The notes under the pieces were generated by a model. That model searched no databases. It saw nothing but the letters and a program-made list of their open reading frames with translations, and was not told the DNA's origin. Shown in pieces: positions 12,953-29,079 of a stretch of 64,000 bases of DNA. The first letter of the stretch is position 1. The number at the start of each line of letters is the position of its first letter. Source of the DNA: the human T2T-CHM13v2.0 reference genome, Homo sapiens. The position numbers were made by a program, and so were the translations under genes. The stretch lies in the NCBI RefSeq assembly GCF_009914755.1, contig NC_060926.1; one strand, 5' to 3'.

Positions 12953-13863
12953 AGAAATAAGTACTGATTTATTTCCTCATTTGTGATGCCAAATTGTAAA
13001 GATTAAGGTAATTGTTCTGTTAAGGTATGAAAATAAATGACTTATAAGAGACAGAGGCAGATAGGATATTGGCAACCTTCACACCCTAGTTTGAAAGGTA
13101 CTGGCCTTTCTTGGCTGTGCTGAGGCATGAATAAATACTATAGCAATAGTAACCACACCTTTGTTGTATTTTATTTCTTCAATTACCATCTGTTGTTGCA
13201 GCTTTTAGCTAAAGCAGAGCTTCCCGAACTTCCAACTTGAATCATAGCACTGCGTCTTGGTGAATTGATTCTAGAGGTGGAAGTTAGTGCCTTAAATTTG
13301 ATGCAGTCACATATGCCTTTTGGGTGACTTCACTTTGAATCCTCAAAGGATGACTTAGAGAATGCCAAATAAACACCCTGGCAACTGGTAATGACCTTCT
13401 GGGAGATTCTGACAGATTAAGGTTTCACAACAAACACAGATAAAAGACAATTTTTCAGAAGACAATGGTGAAGGAACTGAGTAAGTAAAGCATAACTGAA
13501 GGCAGTAGAGGTAGTTGAGTGGAAATGCATAGAGAGCTGGGAGGAGTGGAGTTCACCAGCAAATGTGTCTTGTGTATCTGGCTGGGAGGTGTAATTGGGA
13601 TGGAGAAAGGAAGGGCAGCATGCAGGAAGTCATGTGATAGGAATAGAGCTGTGTGCCAGGGGTGGCAAGTTGACTCTGTTGGTTGGTACCAAGAGTTTGC
13701 CTTACTGTAGTTAGACAGAGTTAGTTTTTGTTCTGAATGAGACACCGACTTTCCCATATTTCCCGATAGGGGTTTTGAATATAGTGACTTGAAGCAAGAA
13801 CATTATTGGAACTATGGTATCAGATTTCCTGAAGGTCACATTATTCATTAATAATAATGTTGC

Positions 13864-14232
<369 letters not shown>

Positions 14233-14835
14233 CTAAACTCTATATGTTCTTAATGAAATAACGCTGGCTAGAGCCCTTACCAAACCCTGACCAGAAACAG
14301 TGAATTAAAAGATACAGAAGACTGGGAGCTAGAAGTTGTTTTTTTTTTTTTTTTTTTCAAACCCATATTGTCTCGAAAACATCTACCTTAGGATCTATTC
14401 ACATCCTTATTCACATGCCAACTCCTTGATTCATTTGCAAGATTGCCACCCTCCTTGCTATTTACAATAATTCATTCTTTAATTTCAAATTTTTATGCTA
14501 TTTTCATATTGTTTAAATGAGGTTCTCTACCTACCCAACATGGTAGCTATTTGCCTAATATCTTAGTTGTACCTAAACATTGTGGAAGGTAGTTTCTTTT
14601 ATAAATTTAAAATGTTTGGCTTTTCAAACCCCTGTTTTCTCATCTTCCTTTGTCAGAGTTCTGTTTGAGGTGACCAAAGCCACTTGGATCCTGATTTAGT
14701 GGATGATTTCAGTGAAATTAAGACTTTGGGATTGACTTTTCTCTCCCCCCCACTCATCACAGTGGGAATGCATTTTTCATCTTTTCTGTGGGGTGATTTG
14801 GAGAATGACTGAGATGGTTATTCCTTTTTTCCTCC

Positions 14836-15183
14836 TGTTTCAGTCTGTTCTGTGCTGTAGTGACAGAATACTTGAGACTGGGTAATTTATAAGGAATAGA
14901 ATTTTATTTCTCACCGTTCTGGAGGTGACTGGGAAGTCCACGATCAAGGTGCCAGCATTTGGTTTAGGGAGCATTTGGTGAGGACCCTCTTGCTGCATCC
15001 TCATCTGGCAGAAGGCATAAGGGCAAGTCATCCAAATGCGGAGTGAAGCCTCTTTTATAAGAGCCTTAATCCCATTGAGAGGGAGAAGCCATCATGGCTT
15101 AATCACCTTTAAAGGCTCCACTTGTAAATACCATCACTTTGGCAACACCTAAATTTTGGAAGGGACACATTCAAACCATAACA
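14836..15183 (-). mobile_element. MST-family MaLR solo LTR
   Basis: tgtttcagtctgtt...gagactgggtaatttataa...acacattcaaaccataaca; TSD cctcc/ccccc. Confidence 0.9.
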
Positions 15184-15189
15184 CCCCCT

Positions 15190-15580
15190 GTCACCTATTG
15201 TCTGCCCTCCTTTTGGGAGTGGGCAGTGGTGCTGACTGACAGATGGATCCTCCAGGCTTCCTTGCCCTCTGGCTTCTAACTGGATTGGCCAAGGGGGAAC
15301 TTAAGGAGAGCTAAGAGTGGGAGGGGAGAGAGCTGCCAGTCGCCATATCTCTTCTCTCTGCCTGCTTCTCTGCTGCAGTTTTGTCAGTGACTGTGTCCCA
15401 CCAAGAAACCACTCTTGCCTGGTGGGTCCTCTTTCAGGCCTCCAGCAGGTTACTTTCCTCTCCTTGATGCTTCGAGTCACTTTCTACCTGAATGCCCCTT
15501 GTGGTACCCTTCACCCTTCCCTCATCTTTGTAAATAGTCCTTCAGTCAGATGTCTTCATTGAAACTATGTGAGTTGCCTC
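15190..15580 (+). mobile_element. LTR33-like ERVL LTR fragment
   Basis: ttccttgccctctggcttct...ttggccaa and gtaaatagtccttc motifs. Confidence 0.65.
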
Positions 15581-15829
15581 TATGTAGTACATGTAAGACA
15601 CTGTTAATTAAAAGTACAGGTAAGACACTGTGGTATCAACACTTTAATATGAGGAAACACATAGCACATTAAATGTACATGATTATAAGATATGTCTTAA
15701 TTTCAGATACATTAATACTTAGAAACAACACCCATGACTCTTAAAACAGAGGGAAACCTATGAAATTGCTACTGGTTTTTCATTGTGTTAAAGATACCGT
15801 AATAAATGTCTTTATTTATAAACTTGCCT

Positions 15830-16800
15830 ATATTTGAGATTATGTCCATAGGATAGATGAGAAGAGAGTTATGGACATTTTCTAAGACTTGTTTCTTTTT
15901 GCCGCATTGCATTCTAAAAGGGTAAAACATATTTAGAGTGCCACCTGCAGCTTCTTAGCTCTTGTTTGACTGTCCCCCTGACAGCAATGTGTGTTGACTT
16001 TTCCACAAATCTTTCCTAATCTGATAGGCCAAAGAGAGTCTTTCCATTTGGAAGTGAAAGTGAACATTTTCTATTTTATTAACAGGTTGTATTTTTCTTT
16101 TACTTTAAAAAAATCTCTTTTGCCTATTTATTTATTGGGTCTTACTGTTTTTCATATGCATGAGCTCTTTGTGTAGTAGGTCAGAGGTTAGCTAACTTTT
16201 TCTATAAAGGACCAGATAATAGACACTTCAGGCTTTGTGGGCCATACAGCTTCTGTAGGGTGAAAGCAGCCTTAGACAATAGGCAACTAATGAGGATGGC
16301 TGTGCTCCCATATGGACGCTGAGATGTGAGTATTATATAGTTTTTTATATGCCCTGGAGTATCATTCCTCTTTATTTTTTTAGCCATTTAAAAATGTAAA
16401 AACCATTCTTAGCTCACGGGCTTTAGAAGAACAGGCGGTGGGCTGGATTTGATTAGCGGGCCATAGTTTGCTGACCCTTGTGATAGATGATAACTCATTT
16501 AATTTATTTTGACTATTTTCCTCACTTCCTTTTTTAGATAAATTTTTTAGGCCTACAGAAGTTTGAATTTCTTACAACATCAAATTTTAAATTTCTGACC
16601 ATTTTTGTCATGATTCTGAAAGTTAGAATGTTCTTACTAACGATCATATCCAAAAATACACGACTTAATTTTAGCTTCGGAGACAATGTTTTTTAAAGAA
16701 TTCGCTTTTATTCATGTGGAATCTAGTTGTGTATAGTGTGATTTGGAGGTCTAAATTTAATTTTTTTGCAAGCAGCAAACCAATTGTGGGTTGTTTTTGA
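15830..16800 (-). mobile_element. Very old L1M(E) fragments, interrupted by MER58
   Basis: T-rich degraded antisense L1 motifs (gagctctttgtgta, ggtctaaatttaatttttt). Confidence 0.45.
16182..16480. mobile_element. MER58B (hAT-Charlie MITE)
   Basis: Inverted termini cagaggttagctaact / agtttgctgacccttg; ggctttgtgggccata; aaatgtaaaaaccattcttagctc. Confidence 0.88.
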
Positions 16801-18314
16801 ATCCTCCTGGTTAGTACTGGGTTCACTAACTGTGCTTTGGGTACCTTTGATTCTAGATTTACAGCATGATAATTTTCCCACTTTTCATTTATGTTCAAGA
16901 AGTATGGTACCAAACTGTGACATGAGTTCCTCTTAGTTCTTCTTGGCTCATCTGTTTCCATATGAGCTGGCATTCACAGGAAATTCAGAACTCTTACAGG
17001 CATAATATTAATAGATACATGTGGAAAGAGTTGTTCTCTGAAAAAAAAATTTTGACTTTTTTTTTTTTTAATGAAGAATGACAACTTGATCTCCCACACT
17101 AGGAAAGAAAAGTGCAATTAATAGTTTATATTACATAACATTAACTGTTGGGTTTTTTTTTTTGGCCTTTGGAAGATACACTCAAATTTGTGATAAGTAA
17201 AATGACTTATTTATCACAGGTTACCATATAAGATTGGACAAGAACGATCTTTTATTTCTAGTCTTTTAGGTTGTTGGAGTGACCTAAAATGTAATTTGAG
17301 GATAAGCAAAACCCTGATCTGCTGAAAATTACAAAACCAAATTTGCAGGCATGGCTTTCTTGCTCCTGAGACTGAAAAATTTGTCTGCTCCCAATTCAGT
17401 TGACTATAAAGAATAGATAGCATGCTTTTATTTTCTGACAGCACTAAGAGTTATTCCTGCTGAACCAGGAATGCTGTTAGAGTGTCAAGGATGGATTTGC
17501 CTTAACTTATTTTTCCACAAAGCTGTAATTTAAAAAAAATCTGTTAACATTTCTTTGTAATTCTTTGGTTCACAGTAGACAGTCCCACTGCAGAAGTCTT
17601 GCTCCGGTCAGCCCGTATTTCCAGAGTGTTCTTTCAGAACTGGAAATGTCTGTATGTTCAGCTGGGTTGCCATGGTGCTGTGGGACATGAGGTGGCAAAC
17701 CCTACACAAGAGTTAAAGAGATGAGTAGTGCTTAGGATACAGATTACAGAAAGTACAGCTTGCCATCAAGTTCTAGGCAAGAGATAGAACTAAATGTCTT
17801 AATCCTAAGAGGAAAAACTTCATTCCAAGGGACATTGGGTTTAGATGAGATTCATTGTTAGATTATGCCCCAGATGGCCTGTTAGCTTTCTTAGGAAACT
17901 TGTTCCCATTTTGTGTCTCCACAATGGTTCTCAGCTACTATCTGGACCAGTCCCTTAAAATTAAAAGTTAAATTAGATGTGATGTGATTTGAAATTTGAA
18001 ACCTATGTTTTTATTTAACTAGACTACAATGGTACACTTAGAATTTTTGTTCAACTTCCCCACCCAATATGAATTTGGAGAAAAACAAGAATGACTAAAA
18101 AATCAGCAGGCTCACATGAAATTGAGAGGACGGTTTGGAAATCTCCTTGAATTTCTTTTTGTAAGCCAAATTTATTTTTATAAGCCTTTAACGGAAGACA
18201 GTTTGTTCTTTGGATAATTGGCCCAGGCTTTATCCTCCTCTTTCAAATATGCTTCAACCAAATACCCAACTGTGAGATGAATAGGATAAATGAAGGTGGG
18301 AGTCGTAGAGTGGT

Positions 18315-18340
18315 GGGGGTGGGTGGGCCAGGGGGCGGGG
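18315..18340 (+). promoter_or_regulatory. G-quadruplex motif with GC box
   Basis: GGGGG-T-GGG-T-GGG-CCA-GGGGG-C-GGGG; contains GGGGCGGGG. Confidence 0.55.
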
Positions 18341-20268
18341 CGGCGGCAGGCAAAACAGTCATGTGGAATCTTTTGTTTCATTTTTAAAATAATTCTTAAG
18401 AGCTGCTGTCTTTCGACAGAGTCAGAAAGTCCTTGCTTAAGTGTATTTGTCACTATAGAGAGTGAATGGGATTCTGAAGTCTTTAACGTGGTTCTGTAAA
18501 TGTAAGTCTTGTTGTTTAATCACGGCATTTCTGCAAAAATGAACTCCTGTACCCACATCCCTCCCCCTCTCCTTTATTTTAGTGTCTTAGAACTCAGCTA
18601 AGCATTTGAACAGTCATTGCTAAGTGTTTCCACATTGGGGGAGCTAGAAGAACTTGGCTGGATAGAATTCTGATTTTCATGGGAGGGAATTAGTTTTCCG
18701 TTTTCTGCCTTAGAAGTCATATACTATACTTGCTATTTGGGCTGAACTGACTTGAAAAGTCAAACAGGAATGAGTCTAGCTACTAAATTTAGAGAACTGA
18801 TTCGTAATTTCTTGATCTAATACAGTGGGCAGTCTTGTCATTGACCAGTTATTTATTTCAGTGTTTGCCAAACCTAGAATGAAATCCAAGGCTGCTGCTT
18901 AACCCTCTATAGCTCTGGTAGTTCATTTCTACTTCTCCTGCTCATTTCCGAAGATAACATGTATCCAGAGAGCCTGTGAGGTCCTGGCTTAGATGAGTCC
19001 TGCATATCAGGGCAAACTTCCATGCCTCTGGACATCTTTCACATTTCAGACATTGTCTTATTTCTTTTTCTTATCCAGTTAACAAGTATGTTTTTATTTA
19101 AGTCAGGCTTTAACTCTCCCCTCTCTCCCCTCTCCCCTCCTCAAGGGAAATTTAAATTAAGTGGGAAATTACTTTTTGTATAGATGTTCTTTTGTCTTAA
19201 ATTCATGCTCATGTGACTTTCCACTTGCCATTTAGAGTAACAGTTATTCAAAGAGCATTACCTAAATTCCATTATTAAGAAAAAAACTTATGCCCCTGCT
19301 CTGCTCCTTCACCCCTCATCATTATTTTTAAAGCTCTCTGAATGCCTGTCTTGCTTAAAGAATCATAAGACTATGGAAGTGGAATGCACTTGGCATGTTG
19401 TTCACTATTCCATGAATTTGTAGACTAAATATGTTATTTCTGTGGCTCATCCAGAAGATGTTGTCATCCTTTAAAATTGCAATTAGCATTATTGTAAAAT
19501 TCGTTGATGGAAAAAGATCTATTAAGGTTACGTGTATTTTGGATTTAATGTTGCTTTACCTAAGGATGTTAGGGTTCACCAAATCCTGCTTTGCTTGGGA
19601 TATGCAGGGAGGAAAATTGAGAAGAAATCTTTTTTTTTCCCATTAATAAATGAAAGAACTTCAATGTGAAGAATTTAAAAAAGTCCCAAGCACAGATGGT
19701 TCACCTGGGTAATTTGCAAGGAAACTGGATGAGCATAATGTAGGTGGGGAAGACTTAGGGAAATTATTCGGATAGTTCAGTTCCTTTCCTTTTATCTGTC
19801 TGAGCCAGTTAGGGGGAAAAAAAAAATGAGGTTTTTGGATGTCAGAATTACCTGCTGGAATTTTTCATGCACTTTTCAGAATAAAAAACGTCAAAAGAGA
19901 GAAGTTAAATTTTCCAGTATGTTTTAAGAAAATAAACAAAATGAGACATGCTGGGGAAAGTGATAGGACACTTTCAGGTTGTGAACCTCAGGGAGTTTCC
20001 TGGCTAAGACAGGTGGCTTGGAGTTTTCCCTCTTTCTCCTTCTCTCCTCCCTTCTACTTTACTTTTCTCCCTCTCTTCCTCCTTTTTTTTTCTTTTATTT
20101 GCACACCCAGAAGCATGGACCTTTCCTTCTTTTGGTCCTTCTATCCATCAGGGTCAGGTCTTTCAAGATAAGTGGACACAATACCACTGAATCTGTAAAC
20201 TTCTGATTTGTATGTCATTCTTCTCTGTGAGCCAGCGTTGTCACTGGTTTAAAAAAAATAAAAGCTTT

Positions 20269-20565
20269 GGCTGGGTGCAGTGGCTCACACCTGTAATCCC
20301 AGCACCTTGGGAGACCAAGGCAGGCGGATCACCTGAGGTCAGGAGTTCAAGACCAGCCTGGCCAACATGGCAAAACCTCATCTCTACTAAAAAATACAAA
20401 AACTATCTGGGTGTGGTGGCAGGTGCCTGTAATCCCAGCCTTGGGAGGCTGAGGCGGGAGAATTGCTTGAACCTGGGAGGTGGAGGTTTTGCAGTGAGCC
20501 GAGATTGAGCCGCTGCACTCCAGCCTGGGCAACAGAGTGAGACTCCATCTCGAAAAAAAATAAAT
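20269..20565 (+). mobile_element. AluSx-type
   Basis: Full dimer, ggatcacctgaggtcagg; TSD aaaataaaagc. Confidence 0.96.
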
Positions 20566-21039
20566 AAAATAAAAGCCTCAGCATGTTGTCCTCTGGCCTG
20601 CGAACTTGCTGAAGTATTATTCCTTGTTGTATCCCCCAGGCTATGTTGCTGTCTAGCCTGTGAATAAGGCAAATTCCATATTATGGAGGTAGTGGGCTGT
20701 GTGAAAAGAGCACAGATTTTTTATATGATGAGTTACACGACTTAAGGCTAAGTACCTAATTTGTAAGTCCTCATCTGTAAAATAAGAATAATATCTAGTT
20801 CAAAGAGATGCGAGAATTATAAATTCTCCTATGTAAGATGCTTTATATATTGCTTGGTATACTTGGTAGGTCCTCAAGAAATGTTTGTTTCTTTTCTGCT
20901 AGGTCTCTAGTAATTGGAATTTTGGATGACTGAACATTCAAACTGATGATTTTTGGATGATTAACATTCAACTGATTTTTTGAGCAATTAATATGTAAGG
21001 CTTTTCTAAGTCCTGAGGGAGGTAAAACATGAATGATAG

Positions 21040-21210
21040 GTAGCATTTGCATGCACAGGCACTGTTTTAAGCCATGTGTACATTTTATCTGGCTTTATCT
21101 TCTATACACAGTTATGAGATATGCACCATTATCTCCAGTTTATTGATAAAGAAATAGTATAGAGGATTGATTTATCTGAGACCACACAGCTAGTAAGTGG
21201 TACAGTTCGC
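21040..21210 (-). mobile_element. MIR
   Basis: caggcactgtttta...accacacagctagtaagtgg. Confidence 0.7.
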
Positions 21211-21289
21211 TGAGGCATAAAGAGAGAAACTGATACATGTAATACAAGGCATAACATGGTACTTATTTTTAAAAAGGGTGAACATGACC

Positions 21290-23010
<1,721 letters not shown>

Positions 23011-23070
23011 ACTTGTATATTTCTACCTACCTGTTTTCTTGTGCAGTTTGTTTCCTTTATGGCTTTAGAA

Positions 23071-23290
23071 CAAGGTTTCTTAACCTTAACACTATTTATG
23101 CATTTGGGACCAGATAACTGTTATGTCATAGGTGTGTCCTGTGCTTTGTAGGATGCTGAGTGGCACCCCTGGTCCCTGCCCACTATAGGCCACTGAGTAG
23201 CACTGCCTCTTCCCAATTATGTCAACCAAAAATGTCTGTAGACTGCTGAATATGCCCTGGGGGGCAGTCACCCATAGTTGAGCCCCACTG
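23071..23290. mobile_element. MER20 (hAT-Charlie)
   Basis: gtcctgtgctttgtaggatg...caaccaaaaatgtct...gttgagccccactg; flanked by ctttag. Confidence 0.88.
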
Positions 23291-24325
23291 CTTTAGGGGT
23301 AATGATTTTGTAGTTTTCTTTCTTTTTTCTTCCCACGTGTATCCTGCCCAAACCACAGCCAGGGAGGAATTGGAGGCAGGCGATGCCAGCAAAAGGGTTG
23401 AACCTTCATTTGGCTGCAAGGAGTATGTGACTCAGTTCTCAATAAAGTTACATGTAGGAAGATGTTGGGAATTATCCTGTGAAACAGTTTCATGTACTAG
23501 GAGAAGTGTGAACTGCTAAGACTATTTCACTGTAGCTCTCAACAGGCCTGGGCCTGTGATATGACTGCATTTATGGACACTGGGGTGGGATGGAGTGGAG
23601 GGAATTTTAGCTCTGAAAGTTTGGGGAATTTATCAGTTTCAAAAAGTATTATTTTACAGAAGTCCCTATGTAGTTCTTCAATGCCTTTAGGAGAAGCTAT
23701 TAATTTAAATGTGTCCTGTCAAAGAAAATAAATGTGTGTCCTAATAAAGGTCCCTAAAAGTTCACGTTGGACATCTCACCCCTCCAAATGAAGTGACACA
23801 GGAGGCATACACAGTCCTAGTGGTTTCTGCATACCTGGCACACTGCCTTTTCACCTGGTAGATGCCCATGAGTTAGTTGAGTTGAATTGAAATCCCACCT
23901 GTCATTTATGCTTGAAGAATTCTTCCTTTTTGATCTTGAAAGGGGAAGGAGAAGTGCTTGGAGGCAAAAAGCTTTAATCTGTGCAAAATATCAAAGAATA
24001 AGTTCATGACCATGTCAGCGGCATTCACAGTTTCATTTGAAATCTTTATTTAGAGATTGGCCTTGGATTTGGGTGTGCTTGTTAGGTCAGTGGAGGGTAG
24101 GCTGTTGATTCAGGTTGGGGCTTTTTTCCATTTCTTAGAGTTCTCCAGGTGCTCCTCTCCTGCCTTTGAGCCTAAAGTTCATTTCTGACAGGTGCTTGAT
24201 GAAGTGGTTATTATAATCAGTTTGGCCTAATACGCTATTCATAAAACTTGAAAATTGACCAAAAAGAGAGAGGCAGAGAAAAAAACTGAACTATTTTTAG
24301 GTAGTTTCAGATGTTGTGTTTAATC

Positions 24326-24628
24326 TTTTTTTTTTTTTTTTTTTTTTTTTGAGACGGAGTCTCTTTCTGTCACCCAGGCTGGAATGCAGTGGCGCGATCT
24401 CAGCTCACTGCAACCTCCGCCTCCTGGGCTCACATGCCATTCTCCTGCCTCAGCCTCCTGAGTAGCTGGGACTACAGGCACATGCCACCCAGCTAATTTT
24501 TTGTATTTTTAGTAGAGACAGGGTTTCACCATGTTAGCCAGGATGGTCTCGATCTCCTGACCTCATGATCCGCCCGCCTTGGCCTCCCAAAGTGCTGGGA
24601 TTACAGGCGTGAGCCACTACGCCCGGCC
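24326..24628 (-). mobile_element. AluY/Sc8-type
   Basis: gttagccaggatggtctcgatctcctgacctcatgatcc; TSD gtgttt(a/g)atctttt. Confidence 0.95.
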
Positions 24629-25100
24629 GTGTTTGATCTTTTAAAAGCCCATAAATGCTAAGCGTTGTTCTCATCTGTAAATAGTGGTGAAACATGAAGG
24701 TATGAACAGGTGTGCTCTAAGTCAGAGGGCGGAGTGGAGGGGAACCTGCATGAAGTATCTTTCCTTAGCAGGCCAGGCACATTCCCTGCTGTTTTTGGGG
24801 AGCGGGCTCCAGGATCCTTTCCCTCTTGGAAAAGAGCAGAAAGTGCCAATTGGATCTCTGGTCACTGAATAAAACTGATCTACCCTCTGAGTGTGGCCCA
24901 GCTCTTAACAGGAGCAAATTGAGACCTCAACTGAATTCTGCCTTGAAGATCTTTTGTGATGTTTACTGGTCCACGAAGACAGGAGAGTGAGGGTAGGAAG
25001 GTGCAAGGACAGATAGTTGCTGCCAAAATGAATTTGGCCAGGTTCATTCATCTGCTCTCCCTTGCACACAGCTCTCTCATTCCTTCCTCTTTGACTTTTT

Positions 25101-26024
25101 AAAAAATAAACTTTTTGTTGTAGTATAGTTTCAGATGTATGGGAAAAATGAGGCTATAATACAGAGAATTCCCACATATCCTGTATCTAGTTTCCCCCAT
25201 TATTATCTTAAGTTAGAATGGTATGTTTATCACACTTAATGAGCCAATACAGTTACCTTATAATTAGCTAAAGTCTGTGCTTTATTCACCTTTCCTCAGT
25301 TGATACTTAATGTTCTTTTTCGGTCCGGGGATCCCATCCAGGATGCGGTGTCACATTTAGTTGTCGTGGAGCCCCAGGCTATTTTTGGTTGTGACAGTGT
25401 CCCAGACTTTCCTTGTTTTTGATGACCTTGACAGTTTCGAGGAGTACTGGTCAGGTGTTTTGTAGAATACCCCTCAATTGAGATTTGTCTGTTGTTTTTC
25501 TGTGGCGATTCAACTGGGGTTGTGGATTTTGAGGGGGAGGATGACAGAGGTAAAGTGCCATTTTCATCACATATCAGTGTGACTTATCACATGCTGATCC
25601 TTATCACTTGGCGGAGGTAGCGTTTGCCAAGTTTCTGTACTGTAAACTGAAAAAAAAAAAAAACCCACAAAACTGTAAAAACAACAAGCAAAAACCCAAA
25701 CAGCTCTGTCATCTTCAGAAGGACGTCACTGTGTACAGCGTACACTTGAGGAGTGGGATGTTGAGAGAGGAGGATCTATCTAACTTATTTGGAATTCTTC
25801 TGCCTGGGAGATTTGTCTCTTCTTCCCCATTTATGTATTCAGTCATTTGTATCAGTGTGGACTCATGGATGTTTTTATCCTTTGGGTTAGAATCTAATAC
25901 TGCTTTATTTTGTTTGAATCGTTTCAGCTTTGACCATTGGGAGCTCCTTACTTGGCTTCTGTGTCCCTTTCTTGGCATACACTCATTTTTTTTTTTTAAG
26001 TACTTCCTTTCTGGCACTACAGAA
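25101..26024 (-). mobile_element. Old L1 (L1MC/L1MD) 3' end, 5'-truncated
   Basis: tacagagaattccca, gatcccatccaggat, cacatttagttgtc motifs; 17-bp TSD ttcctctttgacttttt. Confidence 0.85.
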
Positions 26025-26214
26025 TTCCTCTTTGACTTTTTGTGTGCCTTTGTAATGCTTTCTGCCTGGTGTAGGAGTAGTGACAGATCACATACTTGGT
26101 GGCCTGAAAGCTAAGGTTTTGGTCTCAGCTCTGCTGCCCAATTCACGTCACCTTTGTGACCCTGTTGTCTCTAAAATGATCTTTAGCTAACAGAATTATA
26201 AGAAATAAATGTAG

Positions 26215-26523
<309 letters not shown>

Positions 26524-29079
26524 TCACACATTGGTTATCAATCCATACCCCCCGCCTTTTTTTTGGACATTGAAGCACATCTTCAGACTTCCATCTCTGG
26601 GTCTTCCTGCAGCCCCAGAACATGTTTATTGAATGAATTAATGCATCTTCAATGAATGTAACTGTTACTACTGTGTATCATCGGTTTGTTCAGTTAAATA
26701 CGTATCAATGGACAAGCTTTTCCTTTCCTACATAAACATTTTGTTTTTTGGTTATCTTGTATCTCCTCACATCCCATAGCATTGCAGTGGTTCACAGGCA
26801 CTTAACAGAGAAAGGGGACACCAAGCTGAATTTAAATAGAAAAAATAATGAAATATATATCATCTTTGGGGATAATGTCATTTTCTGTTTCTTCCTACAA
26901 CTTGAGCCCTCAGAATTACTCGTAATGGGGTGTTTGTGTCATCTGATTGCCAATGATGGCTGAGTGAGTGAATGCATATTTGGAGTGACCTGGAATTCTG
27001 ATGTAGGTAAGGGATTCAGAAGGATTATGTTTAGATTAATTTTTCTGCAGAGTTCTCCAGCAGAGTCCTAATCAAAAATTGGTGGTGGTGGCGGTGGCAG
27101 TGGCAGCAGCATTAAACACAACAAAGGCAGAACGGATCCTTATTTGCATCATTCAGTCCAGTGGGTGCCGTTAGCTACCATCCTAGAGTGGGTGTGGAAT
27201 AAATTATATGTATAAAATTTTTTTGAGAAGAGGAGGATGAGCTGGTCACATGTGGCATTTTCTCCCATGTTGAAATAACATGGGATGGAGAACATTGTGT
27301 GTTGATGTCTATCTACAAGTTGATTTTTGTCTTAAGATAAGCAGAGCCTCCCTACAACAGGCCCTGAGTACTGCATCACCTTCCTCCAGTTTGAAAAACT
27401 GACGGGGGTTCTTACCAGTCTTTGTTAATTCCTGTCTCCGGAAAGAATGGTTGGTAAAGGCACATCCGTATTCTGACATGTTGAGAAAGAAAGGATACAT
27501 GCTTGGGAACAGAAGTTGAGGCTGTAAATTGTTGGTGGTCTTACTAGTATTGGGAGGCTGTTTTATCCCTGGCATCTAGCTGCTTGTATGGACGCTGGGG
27601 TTCTAGAAATAAGTTTTTACTCCTTTGGCTATAATGAGCTGGGCATTATCATTAACTAGAAGGCTGGATTGGAAAGGTTTGGGAAGCAAAGGTCCTTCTG
27701 ACATTCAACGCATCTTCCTTTCTGGTCTTTTTTGGAGCAGATTTTTCTTCTGTGCTCTCTAGGAAGCTGATGTGGTTCCTGTCCTCCAACTGACCAGTAC
27801 CTAGAATGTCAACAGAATGACTCATGTCCCCAACATCCTGTCCTTGTTCTGGAGAAAGGGAACTGTTTGCCTTTGGAAAACACAGTGCTTACCTCTGGAA
27901 AAACCCCAAAGCAAGCATAGCTTCAACACAGTTTTCCTTAAAGCTCTTGTGATGTCTTGTGATTTTTTTTCCTTGTGACTTTTTGTAATGAAAGTGTTGG
28001 TTTTCCTGTGTCTACCTTGCGTGCCAGGTGGTTGAGAATTAGGGAGCTTTAGGTGTTGGAAAGGACCCTAGAGACCAACTGGTCCAACTCCTCTTTATGG
28101 TTTTAGAAACAAAGGCCAAGTTGAAGTAAAGTGACTTGAGATCTAGAAACTGGTCAGTGATAATCAGGACTAATTAGTACCTGGGTCTCCTGATTCCTGG
28201 TTCTGGGTCTTTGATTTTTATGGTTTGCAGTAGGTTTTTGAACAGTTCACTTGGCTGCCTTATTGGAAGTTCTATCTATGCAGAATGATATTGATATGGG
28301 TGGATATTTAAAACTACATATATTATAACATAGTAAAGTCTTTAAGAATACATGATATACATTGAGTTGTTATTCAGAAGCTAGGGGGATGTAGAAGAGT
28401 AAGAATTCTTCTGATTTTCAGGACATTCTGTCATAATTTAGCCTTAAGACAGATTTTGGGCAAGGTATATATATCTCTTGTGACTACAAAAGGAGGCTGG
28501 ATTAGATTAGTTTCATTTGTTGTTTCAGGCTCTGAAATGTTATGATTCCCTATGTCTATAAGTGTATGCTGCACATTTTTTTCCTTCAGTAGTAGAGAAT
28601 GTCTGCAATGTGGTTAAATCCTTATTCTTTAATTCCAGTATTATAGAATATGGGTTCCATGTAATTTACATTCATGTTGTTTTTCTTGTCAAAGAGGGAA
28701 CTGAGATAGTTATCTACTGTGTTCAGTAGCATTTTGAGTGGGGAGAGAGAGCTATAGTGTAAGCTTGAACTTGAGCAGACATTAGCACTCTGTTAGGTTA
28801 CAATTGGTGTTAACAGTAGAGAAAAGAATCAGAGGAAGAGGAGGAAAGAGACTGGTGTGTGGGAGCTAAGGCCCATTATTTTGTTATGGGCTTCTTCCCC
28901 TTTTGAGTGACTTAAATGATGTGATTGAAGATATTTGATAGCTCCATCAAGATGGTAGTCTCAATTCCTTCTACAGCCCACACTTTCTCCTCCTAGATTT
29001 GAATTGTTATGATGGTAGCATAATTTTTGACAAATGGTGTTTGTGTGGAAGTGTACCTTTTATCTGAGTTGAGTCATTG

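Noticed and set aside
15586-15631. 19-bp direct repeat, plus 12-mers at ~2971 and ~9618
   Set aside because: Ordinary slippage duplications with nothing further to support function
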